64,000 nucleotides of DNA, taken from the NCBI GenBank assembly GCA_963514005.1, contig OY740816.1, forward strand, positions 22,630,001 through 22,694,000, read 5' to 3'. This document shows, piece by piece, positions 24,730 to 37,169 of the stretch. A program made the position numbers and the translations under genes. Within the stretch, counting starts at the first letter, position 1. Every line of letters begins with the position of its first letter. The notes under the pieces are model-generated. The model was given only the letters and a program-made list of their open reading frames with translations, made no database searches and was not told the DNA's origin. The stretch comes from Raja brachyura (lineage: Eukaryota).

Positions 24730-25995
24730 AAAAGAACTGCAGATGCTGGTTTACACCACAGGCAGACACAAAATGCTGGAATAACTCAGCGGGTTATGCA
24801 ACATCTCTGGAGAGAAGGAATGGGTGACGTTTTGGGCTATAGAAAAATCTCGACCCAAAACATCATCCAAATGAAAATGGAAAGGGATTGGGATGGGAAG
24901 ATGTGAACGGTGGTGGAATAATATTGAAAGTGGCAAAGGTGTTGGAGAATGATGTGTTGGATGCGGAGGCTGGTGGGCTGACAGTTGAGGATCAGGGCAA
25001 CTCTAACCTTCTTCCATCTGGGAAGCGGGGAAGTGAGAGCAGAACTCTGGGACACAGAGAAGGTGCGGGTGAAGGATCCATCTACGACAGCCACGTTTCC
25101 CAAAAAAAAGGACATCTCGGATGTCGTAGAATGGAAGTCCTAATTTTGGGAGTAGATGTGATGGAGATGGAGAAATTGAGATTCGGAGATGGCATATTTG
25201 CAAGAGACAGGATGGGAGGCCAGATAACTGTGGGAGTTTGCTGTAGACGTTAGTCAATAGTCTGTCTGTACCCTGTGATGGAGACAGAGAGACTAGGAAG
25301 GGGGGGGGGGGGAAAGAGGTGACATAGATAGTCCAAGTGAATGTGAGGCACGGTAGGTTAGTAGTAAAGTTAATGAAATCAACAAGTTGTGCAAGTGTGC
25401 AGGAGGCAGTCCCGATGCAGTCGTCGATGTAGTGGAAGAAGAGTTGGAGGATGATGCCAGTGTACATTTAGAACAAGAACTGTTTGACGTAATCAACAAA
25501 AATGCAGGGCATAGCTGTGGCCCTTGAAAGTGTCCTTCAAATTAACTTGAAGGAAAACAAATGCAATTTGTTTGGTTCAGTGCTTCCTTTGTGCTGTAAG
25601 ACAGGAAATGTTTGCAGCACCCAAATGTATTTTAATTTGTTTAAGAAGGAATTGCAGATGCTGGAAAATTGAAGGTAGACAAAAATGCTGGAGAAACTCA
25701 GTGGGTGAGGCAGCATCCAATGAGTGAAGGAAATAGACAACGTTTCGGGTGGAAACACTTCTTCAGACTGATCTGAGAGTGGGGGGGGCAGGAAAAAAAA
25801 GGAAGAGGTGGAGCCAGAGGGCTGAGTGAGAGCTGAGGAGAAAGTAAGGGCTACCTGAAATTAGAGAAGTCAATGTTCATACCGTATGAACATTGACTTC
25901 TCTAATTTCAGGTAGTCCTTACTTTCTCCTTCCCTTCTCAGCTCTCCCTCAGGCCTCTGGCCACCTCTTCCTTTCTTCTTCCTGCCCCCCCACCC
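24730..25995 (-). mobile_element. Penelope-like element fragments (RT remnant plus pLTR fold-back)
   Basis: ORF 25003-25467 contains HYIDDCIG (RYIDD motif). pLTR modules on both sides. Palindrome at 25779-25995. Confidence 0.8.
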
Positions 25996-26719
25996 TCTAT
26001 GTTGAAATTGTGCATTACTAATGCCTAACAAAATTCTAGAGATGGCAGGAGTCTGCCAATAATTCTTTCAAGTGATTGTCTTGGGTTCTCTCTCTTTCTC
26101 TTTTTTATCGCCACACAACCAATGCAGTTTATCTAGTTATTATCACGTTGTCCTTTTTGGAATCTTGCAAATGTATAATCACAGTTGCTCTTTGCAGGAC
26201 GGTATTAGTGGCCACAGAGTGCTTTGACACATTCTTAAGGTTATGTGAAATACACAATAGAAAAGTTTTTAATGTCACAAAATCACCGCAACCAACCTTG
26301 CTCTTGTCACCACCTGCCTTGATCACTCGATATGTAACTGGAGCAGAAATGTAGAATTCTTCTTTTGTTGACGTGGGTCGTAAAAATTAATTATAGAATG
26401 TAGCTATTTCCTGCCTAAAATTAGCATTGACTGAGAAGCTTACTCTTGAGACCTTTCGTCTGTATATCTCAGTTCATGACTGCATGAACTTTCTAATCCA
26501 TTTCACAATTTTCACGAATTGCCTAGCGAGTGCATTGGACATTTTAGTTTACTAAATTGCGTCATTATTGATCCACCTGCTGCCTCTCCAGCCCCACTCT
26601 GTGTAGAAAACTGCTGATTTCAACTTGCAACTAGAGTCTTGGATGATATTCTAAATAAGCTACATATGTAAGTTTTACAACCACAAAGTGTTTGCAAAGT
26701 GTTAAGTTCATAAGTGATA

Positions 26720-27295
26720 GGACTTTTTCCTCACAGAGAGTGGCAAGTCTAGAATTCTTTGCTTCAGAGGGTGGTGGAGGCAGGTTCTCTGGATGCTTTC
26801 TAGAGAGAGCTAGATAGGGCTCTTAAAAATAACGGAGTCAGGGGATATGGGGAGAAGGCAGGTACTGAACGGGGTACTGATTGGGGATGATCAGCCATGA
26901 TCACATTGAATGGCGGTGCTGGCTCGAAGGGCCAAATGGCCTACTCCTGCACCTATTGGCCATTGAGCAGAATTGAGCATTCGGCCCATCAAGTCTAATC
27001 CCCCATTCAATAATGGCTAATCTATCTCTCGCTCTTAACCCTATTCTCCTGCCTACCCCACCCCCCCTCCCCCCCAACACCTGTACTAATCAAGAATCTA
27101 TCTATCGCTGCCTTTAAAATATCAATTGACTTGGCCTCCACAGCCTTCTGTGGCAATGAATTCCACAGATTCACCACCCTCTGAATAAATAAATTCCTCC
27201 TCATCTCCTTCGTAAAGGAACGTCCTTTTATTCTGAGGCTATGACCTCTGGTCCTAGACTCTCCCACTAGTGGAAACATTCTCTCCACATCCATC
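26720..27295. mobile_element. Two CR1 3' fragments, tail to tail
   Basis: CR1 tail on + (26720-26960) and ORF 27022-27426 on - (GESRTRGHSLRIKG...WNSLPQKAVEA). Confidence 0.85.
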
Positions 27296-28479
27296 ATAAC
27301 ATACAGATAAACTGTTAAGATAAACATGCAACTGCTGATTGATAACATTTTATTAAAAATTGGAACATAATTAAGTTCTTCACATCCACAATTATCACAG
27401 TTGAAATAATGGTTAGAATTATACATTTACTTCAACATATATAGGTCATTCATAGTCTGGGATAATCTGAAATTTGATTCATTCCTAGGCAGAGTCATAG
27501 CCTGAGCTGAAGCAGAATTTACAGCATTGCATTTCAAAGCTGCTACCAATTCCATGCCACATTGAGAATCTGCAGTGCAATAGTGGCAGCATCTACATAT
27601 AAACAGTGACAGGTAGGATCAATCCCACTCATCCCTCTCTAACCTCATACATTGCCACCAGGAATGATTTGTAAGTTAAAGTGCTGCCAGTACAGACAAC
27701 CGACATAACCTTAATTCTCAATGTTATATAATACTATATTCTCACTTACAGATTTGCTGTGGTTATTGACTGAACAATATTGTGTCACTGAGAATATTGT
27801 CTTTCTATTGAGCAGGAAAATGAATTGTTCAGTCCTGAACCACGGTTAACAGTGTTAACTGTACGTGCTTCCCTCTCAAAGGATTTTGCTGGTGAACTAA
27901 GATGAAGTGGGAGGTGGAGTGGTGGCGGGGATGGAGGACGAAGACTAACATTTGCCAGAGGGAAGCAGGAGCAGCTTGGTTGCTCTCCATGCAACCCTGC
28001 TGCAAATTGCAAATGTGGATGATAGTTAGTCATTCTCAGTTGCAAGTCATTGCCCATGCTCATACGGAAAAGTGAAGTCTGGTAGAAATACTAAAAGGTG
28101 TTTCATCCAAATGAACAAAGATTGGAACTCCAAGTATGTAAATGGATTGAATAAAGGGAATTATGAGCCACGATGAAAAAAAAACAGTATTATTATAAGG
28201 TAGGAAGTCTTTTTAAAATAATTTAATAATGAATATCAGGCTTTTGTTTCATTTTCACACCTCTAATAGTTAGCGTAGCCTGGCAAAAAATTCAAAGGGC
28301 ATCATCTTTTCCTGAAATACAAAATGGTACTTTTATAAATTCAATGCTTTAATATGTGAAATATTTGGAAGACAATTTGTACAGTTATGGTCTACTCAAT
28401 AGAGCGGAGTTTAAAATATGTGCTCGGATTTTCATGGGTGAGCCAAGGTTTGGTTAATTTACTCATCAGTGCAAGTAAA

Positions 28480-28860
28480 ACTGGAAGTAACCCAGACAGC
28501 ATCTCTGGGGAAAAGGAATAGGTGACGTTTCAGGTCGAGACCCTTCTTCAGATTGAGAGTCAGGGGAAAGAGATACGAGAGATAAAGCCAGTGACGAAGA
28601 GAGATATAGAACACATGAATGAAAGATATGCAAAAAAAGGAACGATGATGAAGGAAACGGTCCATTGTTGGCTGTGCGCTAGGTGTTAACAGGATAAAAA
28701 AGACAATTAAACTAAACAGGACCACAATGAAATGCGTACAATGCCCAGGGGAGGGACGGAGAGAGTGGGGATGCAAGGGTTATTTGAAGTTAGAGTAAGT
28801 TAGAGTAAGCAATATTTATACCATTGGGTTGTAAGCTGCCCAAGCGAAATATTAGATGCT
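28480..28860 (-). mobile_element. Penelope 3' region with a hammerhead motif (28523-28551)
   Basis: Reverse complement reads ctgaagaagggtctcgacctgaaacgtc, downstream of a degenerate GIY-YIG C-terminal remnant (FRLGSLQP). Confidence 0.75.
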
Positions 28861-30872
28861 GATGCTGTCTGGACAAACTTATCCTCTAGGGTATCAAAGC
28901 ACTATGAGCATAGCTGCCATAGTCCAACCAGACTGAACCAAACCGTGGTATGTTAGAGCACAGGAAAACGAAGAGCTTTGCAGTAAAAGTGTTCAACATT
29001 TATGATACTAATTGAGCAACTTTACCTGTTACAAAATCAGGACAGAATTGCAAAGCTTCCTGTTTGATGTAAAACAGCATAAGTTGGAATGTTATGTTGC
29101 TATTTTATCTAATTTGCAGCTTGGGTTGGTAGAGATACACAGCCAGTCTTTGTGTTGATGTTACCTTTAAAATAATTTGACTGAAAATTGGAATATGAAT
29201 TAGGAGCAGGAACAGGCCATTTGACCCGCCAGCTTGTTCCACCATTTAGTAACACCAAATTGTGGCATTAACTCCACAGTCTTATCTACTCATGGTAATA
29301 TTTCACCTCCCTCCTTATCAATAAACTATCACATTATTCCCATTATCATGTATCTGTAAATGGCTTGATTGGAATCATGTAATATTTTTCCGCTAACTGG
29401 TTACGCTCAAAATCTTTTCACTGAATCTCAGTACATGTGACAATAAACTAAACTCAGTCTATATTTCAATATAAATATTCAAACAGTTTATTCTAGTGAC
29501 CTCTGAAGAACAATTCCAAAGACTCAAAATACTTTGAAGAAAATAAATGACAACATTAACATATTTGTGTCGTAAGTGGGTGACCCTTTCTTTTTAACTG
29601 GTTACACCCAATGCTCCAGCAGCAGCAAACATCCTCACCACATCCTACATAGCCTTCAAGATCTGATGTTTCAATGGAGTCCATTCTCACTCTCTTAAAC
29701 TTAAACATTATGAGTTCAGTCAGTCTTAACCATCCCTCATAGGAAGGACTGTCTATTTCAGGTCATTAGTCAAGTAAACTTTCTCCAAATTGCTTCCAAT
29801 AAATGAATTTCCTTCTGTAAAGAGCTATACTCTACAGTTGATGTCTCCCTAATGCCCTGATATCTGTATACTTTGTTCTTTTGTATAAATTCCCATTGCA
29901 ATAAACCATAATTTTTGTTTGTTTTCCTAATGAATTGCATGCTATCAGGTACACTAGCTGTTTGGAAATCACAACTGATGGACATCACGATCTTTCTGTA
30001 TCTTAGGCACTCGCGCCATTCAGATTATAAAAAATGTTTCCAACCAAATGGACAGTTTTGTATTTCCCACTTTATACCCCATTTGCCAAGCATGTATCTA
30101 TCTCTACACTGTAAATGTCTCTATTGTATTCATGTATTGTCTTTCTGCTGACTGGTTAGCAGGCAACAAAAGCTTTTCACTGTACCTCGGTACACGTGAC
30201 AACATTAATAAACTAAACTAATCTTTGCCCACTTGTTTAACCTTCATATCCTTTGGGAGTTTCCTCATGTCCTCATCACAGATTACTTTCCTGTCGATCT
30301 TTGTGGCATCAGCAAAATTAGCAACTGTTTTTCTCTCTGCAATCACAAGTCGTGTATATGGATTGAAAACATTAAGACCCAGTATCAGTCCATGCAGTAC
30401 TCGACTGTTCGATTAAATACATCTTCGCACCGTTTTGATTTTAAGAGATTAAAAAAAATGCACGCGCATGTTTAGTAATTTCTCATCACTTTCCATATAC
30501 ATTCCACGGGAAATGTCCCTCCAGGCGCGGAACACCGTCCATTCACTTAATTGTAATCAGTGCAGTTTTGCATTCGCGGAGTCCTGTCCCGTGCGTTTGA
30601 GAAGACCGTGCGCAGACTGAACGTGTAGGAAGGAACTGCAGATGCTGGTTTTCCGAATAATGATCTCATAAGGTCATAAGTGATGGGAGCAGAATTGGGC
30701 CATTCGGCCCATCAGGTTTACTCCGCTATTCAATCATGGCTGGTCGATTTATCTCTCCCTCCTCGCCCCATCTCGACCCGAAACGTCACCCATCCCTTCT
30801 CTCTAGAGATGCTGCCTGTCCCGCTGAGTTACTCCAGCATTTGTGTAAGATGTAGACTAGAGCGTGTTGGTG

Positions 30873-31997
30873 TCAGACCAGCGAGATCCTGGTGGGAGAC
30901 TGCGGTCCGTTACCGGAGCTGAGGGTGGTGTGGAGTAGCTCGTTTCTGTGCATGGAGGACCTGTCCTGCTGCGTGCTGCTACACTCGGAGATGATCACCC
31001 CGCAACAGCGAGGCTGCTCCCCGACTTTGGTCAGGCATAGCAAGCGCACAATGGTCTGGCGCATGTCCCTGTTGGTCAGGGTGTAAATGACGGGATTCAA
31101 GGCGGAATTGGACATGGCCAGTCCTAGGCAATAATCGGCCATGTTACTAACCCAATCGCTCCTCGTCGTTGAGGCGACGTCCAGTAGCAGCACGATAAAG
31201 AGCGGTAGCCAGCAGCCGATAAAAGTACCGACCACGATGGTGAGAGTCTTCAGCAACGCCTGAGATTTCTGGCACTTCTTGGACATGGTCGTTCTGGAAG
31301 TGCCTATGGGGAGGCTGTTAGTCTTGACCTTAAGGTAGATGCGGACGTACAGTATCACGATGGCACATAGGACAAAGATAAAGATCAGGATGCACACCAG
31401 GATGTATTTCTTAGAGTACAGCGGCATCATGGTGGAGCAAACGCGCAGGTTCCCAATGCAGTTCCAGCCCAAGATTGGGAGGCTCCCGAGGAAGAGCGAG
31501 AAGATCCAGTCGGCGCCCACAAAGAGCCGAGTGCGCCACTTCTTGTCCGTGCTGTGCAGTTGCATCCTCACCATCGTGACATGCCTCTCCACCGCGATGG
31601 CCAACAGGCTGAAGACCGAAGCGGTGAGTGTGATGAAAACGCCGCCCTCCCTCAGGAACCACCACAGCGGCGTTAGCTTCACCGTGTTGGCACCGGACAG
31701 CAGGATGTTGATCAAGTAAGCCACCCCCGCCAGCAAGTCGGACATGGTCAGGTTGGCGAGCAAGTCAAACATGGGCGTGTGGAACTTGCTGTTCTTCCGG
31801 ATGGCGATGAAGACCAGCAGGTTCTCCAAGATTATAAACACACAGACGATCAAAAATATCACCGCGTGGACCCTCAGACCTGCTTTGTACCTGCCGGGGG
31901 TCAGCTTCCCGGTGAAATTATAATGCAGGCTCACAGTCTCATTGTTGTAATAGTCCCCGAAGTTCAGTCTCAATCTTTCACCCAACCCCACGTTCAT
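30873..31997 (-). CDS. S1PR5: Sphingosine-1-phosphate receptor, S1PR5-like (class A GPCR), 374 aa, single coding exon
   Basis: LHYNFTGKL, LENL, LSDLLAG-like, WFLREGGVF (R3.28/E3.29; REGGVF is typical of S1P5), ERH, CWLP, NPVIY; seven hydrophobic segments; good Kozak context. SPC24 and S1PR5 both lie in the human 19p13.2 region. Confidence 0.9.
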   Translation of the reverse strand: MNVGLGERLRLNFGDYYNNETVSLHYNFTGKLTPGRYKAGLRVHAVIFLIVCVFIILENLLVFIAIRKNSKFHTPMFDLLANLTMSDLLAGVAYLINILLSGANTVKLTPLWWFLREGGVFITLTASVFSLLAIAVERHVTMVRMQLHSTDKKWRTRLFVGADWIFSLFLGSLPILGWNCIGNLRVCSTMMPLYSKKYILVCILIFIFVLCAIVILYVRIYLKVKTNSLPIGTSRTTMSKKCQKSQALLKTLTIVVGTFIGCWLPLFIVLLLDVASTTRSDWVSNMADYCLGLAMSNSALNPVIYTLTNRDMRQTIVRLLCLTKVGEQPRCCGVIISECSSTQQDRSSMHRNELLHTTLSSGNGPQSPTRISLV

Positions 31998-32230
31998 CCT
32001 CCCCGGTCTTTGTGACCGATGTTCCCCTCTAGCCTTTTTTTTAAATCGCTGCCCAGCTCGGTATCGGCGAGAAATTAATGCATGAAGTCGACGTTGGCAA
32101 TTCAGTGGCTGCCGCCTAGCAAGTCGATATCACAGTTTTGTAATCAATTAAGTTCTGGGAGAGAGACTGGCGTGACAGAAGCTCCGGTTAGGATCCAAAC
32201 AAGGCGAAGGATTCGCAGCCAGCCGGGAGA

Positions 32231-33123
32231 TCTACAAACAAACGCCCATGCACTCGACACCAATATTGTAGTCCACTTTCAGGGAGCCCACAAAATTCAG
32301 CAGTGGTCTCCGGTTCCAAATTCACCAGAGATCATAGATGGCGCAATTCTAATGGAGAAAGGAAAACAATAACCCTCATTTAGTTCCTTAAATACACGTT
32401 TTCACTCTTTGAAAGTAGAGAAAAATGCTGGAGAAACTCAGCGGGCGAGGCAGCATCTTTGAAGGCGTTTTCATTTTAAATGCATGTGTTGCCACTTGCC
32501 AGTAAATATTTTGACTTAAAACATCTTAGGAGGAAAAGTGGGTGAAAGGGTTGAGAAGTGACTGCACTAAGTCTGAAGAAGGGTCTCGACCCGAAACGTC
32601 ACCCATTCCTTCTATCCAGAGATGCTGCCTGTCCCGCTGAGTTACTCCAGCATTTTGTGTCTATATTGAGGTGCATGTTGTTGTGGTAGGAATGAAATAT
32701 AGGGGACTTGTGGGCTCACTATTATAAAAGAGAAAATCAGACGGTGAACCCTGGTGAAAAAAGCTGGAGTAACTCAGCGGGCCAGGCACCGTCTCTGATT
32801 CTGGATAGGCGACGTTTTGGATCGGAACGTTTATGGGTCTATCTTCGGTGTAAACCAGCTGCATATGCGGTTCCTTCGTACACATTAAAGTGAGAGGCAG
32901 TACGGCACTGTGTGAAGTATGAATCGGCGCACACTTACTGTTGGGGATGGGCTAGCAATGGGCTGCGGCAGTCGGGACGCTGGGTGGGCGGCAGCTCAAT
33001 CTCGGATGCCCTCTGGAGATGTTACTAAACACAGCTGGCGAAGGTTAAGTATGCCGATCACAATCAGATCATATTATGGCGGGGCGGGCCAGTGGGAGTG
33101 TTCAAAACTTTTCTCGTGATTGG
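32231..33123 (-). promoter_or_regulatory. Predicted S1PR5 5' structure: promoter, non-coding exon 1 and intron
   Basis: Minus-strand acceptor ttgtttgtAG (32232-32233), donor CA|GTAAGT (32933-32938), GC box ggcggggcggg (33078-33088), CCAAT (33119-33123), CpG-enriched. Vertebrate S1PR genes typically have a non-coding first exon. Confidence 0.5.
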
Positions 33124-33166
33124 CAGTAAACACAGGCGGCAGCTCAGTCAGCAAAAAAGACAAGTC

Positions 33167-33371
33167 GTTAAAGAAGGAACTGCAGATGCTGGAGAATCGA
33201 GGGTTACACAAAAAACTGGAGAAACTCAGCGGGTGCAGCAGCATCTAAGGAGCGAAGGAGATAGGCGACGTTTCGAGTCTGAAGAAGGGTCTCGACCCGA
33301 AACGTCGCCTATCTCCTTCGCTCCTTAGATGCTGCTGCACCCGCTGAGTTTCTCCAGCTTTTTGTGTAACC
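33167..33371. mobile_element. Young fold-back Penelope pLTR insertion with a central hammerhead motif
   Basis: 15-bp TSD CAAAAAAGACAAGTC (33152-33166, 33372-33386). Arms of about 74 bp, near-perfectly inverted. Core ctgaagaagggtctcgacccgaaacgtc at 33279-33306. Confidence 0.9.
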
Positions 33372-33395
33372 CAAAAAAGACAAGTCAACTGGAGA

Positions 33396-33622
33396 GAGAC
33401 ACAAAATGCTGGATTAACTCAGCGGGACAGGCAGCATCTCTGAAGAGAAGGAATGGGTGACATTTCGGGTCGAGACCCTTCTTCGGCTGGTCAGTGGAGA
33501 GTGAGACTAGAGATATGGAAGGAGGCAAAGAACCTGAAGAAGGGTCTCGACCGGAAACGTCACCCATTCCTTCTCTCCAGAGATGCTGTCTGTCCCGCTG
33601 AGTTAGACTTTTTGTGCCTATC
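33396..33622. mobile_element. Second fold-back Penelope pLTR element
   Basis: Inverted arms with hammerhead-like cores on both strands (33458-33486 -, 33534-33561 +). Confidence 0.8.
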
Positions 33623-33629
33623 TTTTCAA

Positions 33630-35560
33630 TTAAATTCAATTCATTTTAATCTTTAATTGTAATTGTGCAGTGCACAGTCCAGAGACAACGAAATGCAGTT
33701 AGCATCTCCCCAGAAGAGCGAACTTAGAATAATGAACGGTAAAAAAAATGCACAAACAGTATCAGGAATGCAATTATACTGGGGGAAGGAGTGTGTGTGT
33801 GTGTGTGGGGGGGGGGTGACTGGTGAACCTTCTTGACCAGTGTAGAGGTATTGTGGATCCAGGAGAGGTGTTGACCCCCAGAAACCTGAAGCTGGAAACA
33901 TGTTCCACCTCCGTCCCATTAATATGGATGGGGGTGTGCGTGCAACCCCTAGACCTTCTCTAGTCCACAATGAGCTCCTTGGTCTTCTTGGAGTTAAGGA
34001 CCAGGCTGTTGTCGGCGCACCATGCTGTTAGGAGCTGAACCACCTCCCTATAGGCCGACTCATCGTTGTTGCTGATGAGGCCAATCACCGTTGTGTCATC
34101 TGCATACTTGATGATGGTGTTAGAACCATGTTCAGGTGTGCAGTCGTAGGTGAAGAGGGAGAAGAGGAGGGGGCTCAGTACACAGCCCTGTGTAACGCCG
34201 GTGTTCAGGGTGAGGGTTGAAGAGGTGTGGTTGTCCAACCTAACAGACTGTGGTCTGTTAGGAAGTCCAGTATCCAGTTGCAGAGGGAGGGGTTGATGCC
34301 CAGGCCGCCGAGTTTGGTGATCAATTTTGAGGGGATAATGGTGCTAAATGCTGAGCTAAAGTCAATGTACAGCATTCTCACGTAGGTGTCTCTGTTATCG
34401 AGGTGGGAGAGGGCGGAGTGGAGTGCCGTTGAGATGGCATCCTCCGTAGTCCTATTCTTGCAATAGGCAAACTGATAGGGCTCCAGTGTGGGAGGTAGGC
34501 AGCCTTTGAGGTGTGCCAGGACCAGCCTCTCGAAGCACTTGGTGATGATGGATGTAATTGCAACTGGGCAGAAGTCGTTGAGGCTCACCGCAGTGGAGTG
34601 TTTTGGCACCAGCACGATGGAGGTGGTTTTAAGCCACGTGGGGACAGCTGCTTGGGCAAGTGACAGATTGAAGATGTCAGTCCAGACGTCCGTCAGCTGT
34701 GCAGCACAGATCCTGAGGACGCGTCCGGGGATGCCGTCAGGGCCGGCAGCCTTACGTGCATTAATCCTACTCAGTGCTAGAAACACGTCGTAGGGGGTGA
34801 ATGTGACGGGCTGGTGATCAGCAGGGAGCATAGCCTTGATGGCCATTTCTTGGTTGTCCCTGTCAAAGTGGCCATAAAAGTGGTTGAGCTCCTCAAGGAA
34901 GGATGAGTCGCTGGATGTGGGGGTGGTGTTGGTGGGTCTGAGGTTTGTGATGGCCTGGATGCCTTGCCACATGCGTCGGGGTCGGAGTTGTTGTTGAAGT
35001 GCTCCTCAATCCTAAGGTTGTATCTATGCTTGGCCATCTTGATGCCCCTCTTCAGGTTAGCCCTGGATGAACTGTAGGCTTGAGCATCGCCTGACCTGAA
35101 AGCGGTGTCCCGTGCTTTCAGCAGTAGCCTGACCTTGCTTTTCATCCATGGCTTCTGATTCGGGAATGTGGTAATCCGTTTGACGGTGGTGACACTGTTG
35201 ATGGTGGAGTTGATAAACTCCAGAACAGAGGATGTATAAGTGTCTATGTCCTTGTGGGAGTCGAAGGTGGCCTGGGCTGCAAACACATTCCAGTCAGTTT
35301 TTCCAAAACGCTGCTGAAGTGTGGAGTCAGCCTCCTCTGACCAAACTTTAGCTGTTCTCACTGTGGGTTTTACCTGTCTGATGAGTGGTGAGTACTTAGG
35401 GAGCAGGAACAATGAGAGGTGATCAGGCTGACCAAGGTGGGGGAGGGGAAAGGCTTTGTAAGCTTCAGCCATATTTGTGTAAACTTTGTCCAGTGTCTTG
35501 TCTTCTCTAGTGGCAAAGGAGACATGTTGGTGGAATTTTGGGAGTACAGTCTTCAGGTGC
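33630..35560 (-). mobile_element. Rex1/Babar-type LINE fragment (end of endonuclease plus RT, frameshifted)
   Basis: [62 protein letters not shown]. Confidence 0.9.
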
Positions 35561-37169
35561 AACCCAGCATCTGCAGTTCCTTCCTACACAAGTAGAGGAA
35601 GTCTCTTATTAAATAATAATTAGAACTAGGAGGGGGAAAGGCAGAGAAAACTGAGAGATGTAACAGTTGAAGAAGGAATGAACAAACTCCAAATTTGGAA
35701 TTCTTTCAGTAACAGATCATGGACTGGACAAAAGTCACCCGAAGTACCAAGACCCACGAATGGCGTATAAATATAGACAGATAATAAATATCACACGGTG
35801 GTGGCACTTGGTCACCAGGGTAATGTGCAAAAGCGTACTTGGTATTTTTTTAAATCTTAACCGCACATAATCTAGTTACTGATGTTTCTCGGTGCTTTAA
35901 GAAAGTTACGAATACTATTAACAGTCTATTTTTTATGTTCAGGTTGTCACCAAACAATAAACCAATTCCATTTCAAACATAATACAATGAACCACGACAT
36001 GTTTTTATGCATTTGTCAGCATACATTTTCTTTAAAACACTTTAGAAGTCTCGAGAGACAGAAGTTTTTGATCATCATCTGTGGTGAGAGTTTAAATAAG
36101 CTGTTATTTTACGTTAAACAAACAAAAGCCTTTGGTTTCTACATTTTAACTTTTTTTCAAATTGTGTTGACCTACTTGGATCTACTATACTCAAAATAAA
36201 CGCAAAAACCTAGCTGTTCATTTGAGATAGAATTAACTTCCTTTAATGGAAAGAGTTTGTCACAGAAATAGGTTCCTTCTGCCCAACTCATCCATATCAA
36301 CAGTGGTATCTATCTGAGCTTGTTCCCTTTGGCTGTGTTTAGACATATCCCCCAAAACCTTTCCTATCCATGTACCTATCCAAGTGTATATTAAAAGTCA
36401 TAATTGTACCTCTCCCTAAAAACTTTCTCTGGTAACTCATTCTACATCCCCACCAGCGTCTTGTGACAATGTTGTCCCTTTCCCTTTAAATTGCCCCCCT
36501 CTCACTTTAGCCCAGAATGCCAATTTGGCTGGCATGGACAAGGCAGGCAGAAGAGTGTTTCTCTGCTGTATTTGGACTCTATAACTTTAAATTCAAAATC
36601 AGTTGTTCTAGGTAATTTGAAGTAAAATCAAAATGTTGATAAAGATAAGGTCCAGCAAAATTTTCAGAGAAGGAAACAGTTAATAGAATTGACACGTATT
36701 GCTTAATTTGCCAAATGTTTTGAAATCTTTTCTGTTTTTATTTTTGTTTAAGTAGTTATACAGTATCTAAATGCTTGCCAATGCAAAGTCTTTGGCCAAA
36801 GTACACAAGTGACTTAGAATTTACTCAGCCATCACTTCAATGACACAGCATGCAAAGCTACCTACACACATGTTCACACATGCTTATTGCTACATGATTG
36901 AACTGTTAGTTGTTGCTGAAATAAACTATTGTCACACAGTGTCTGTACAAGTTGCACCAACAGAAGAAATAGTTACAAATCCTGACAAAACTTAAAGAAC
37001 AAATAAACATGCACTCATTTACCTCTACAGTTAGTTTAGTTTGTTGTCACCTGTTCTGAGGTACAGTGAAAAGCTTTTGTTGCGTGCTATCCAGTCAGCA
37101 GGAAGACAACACATGATTATATTCGAGACATTTACAGTGCATAGATACATGATCAGGGAATAAAGTTTA

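Noticed and set aside
31339-32015. Plus-strand ORFs overlapping the receptor
   Set aside because: Antisense shadows of the GC-rich S1PR5 CDS with no recognisable motifs.
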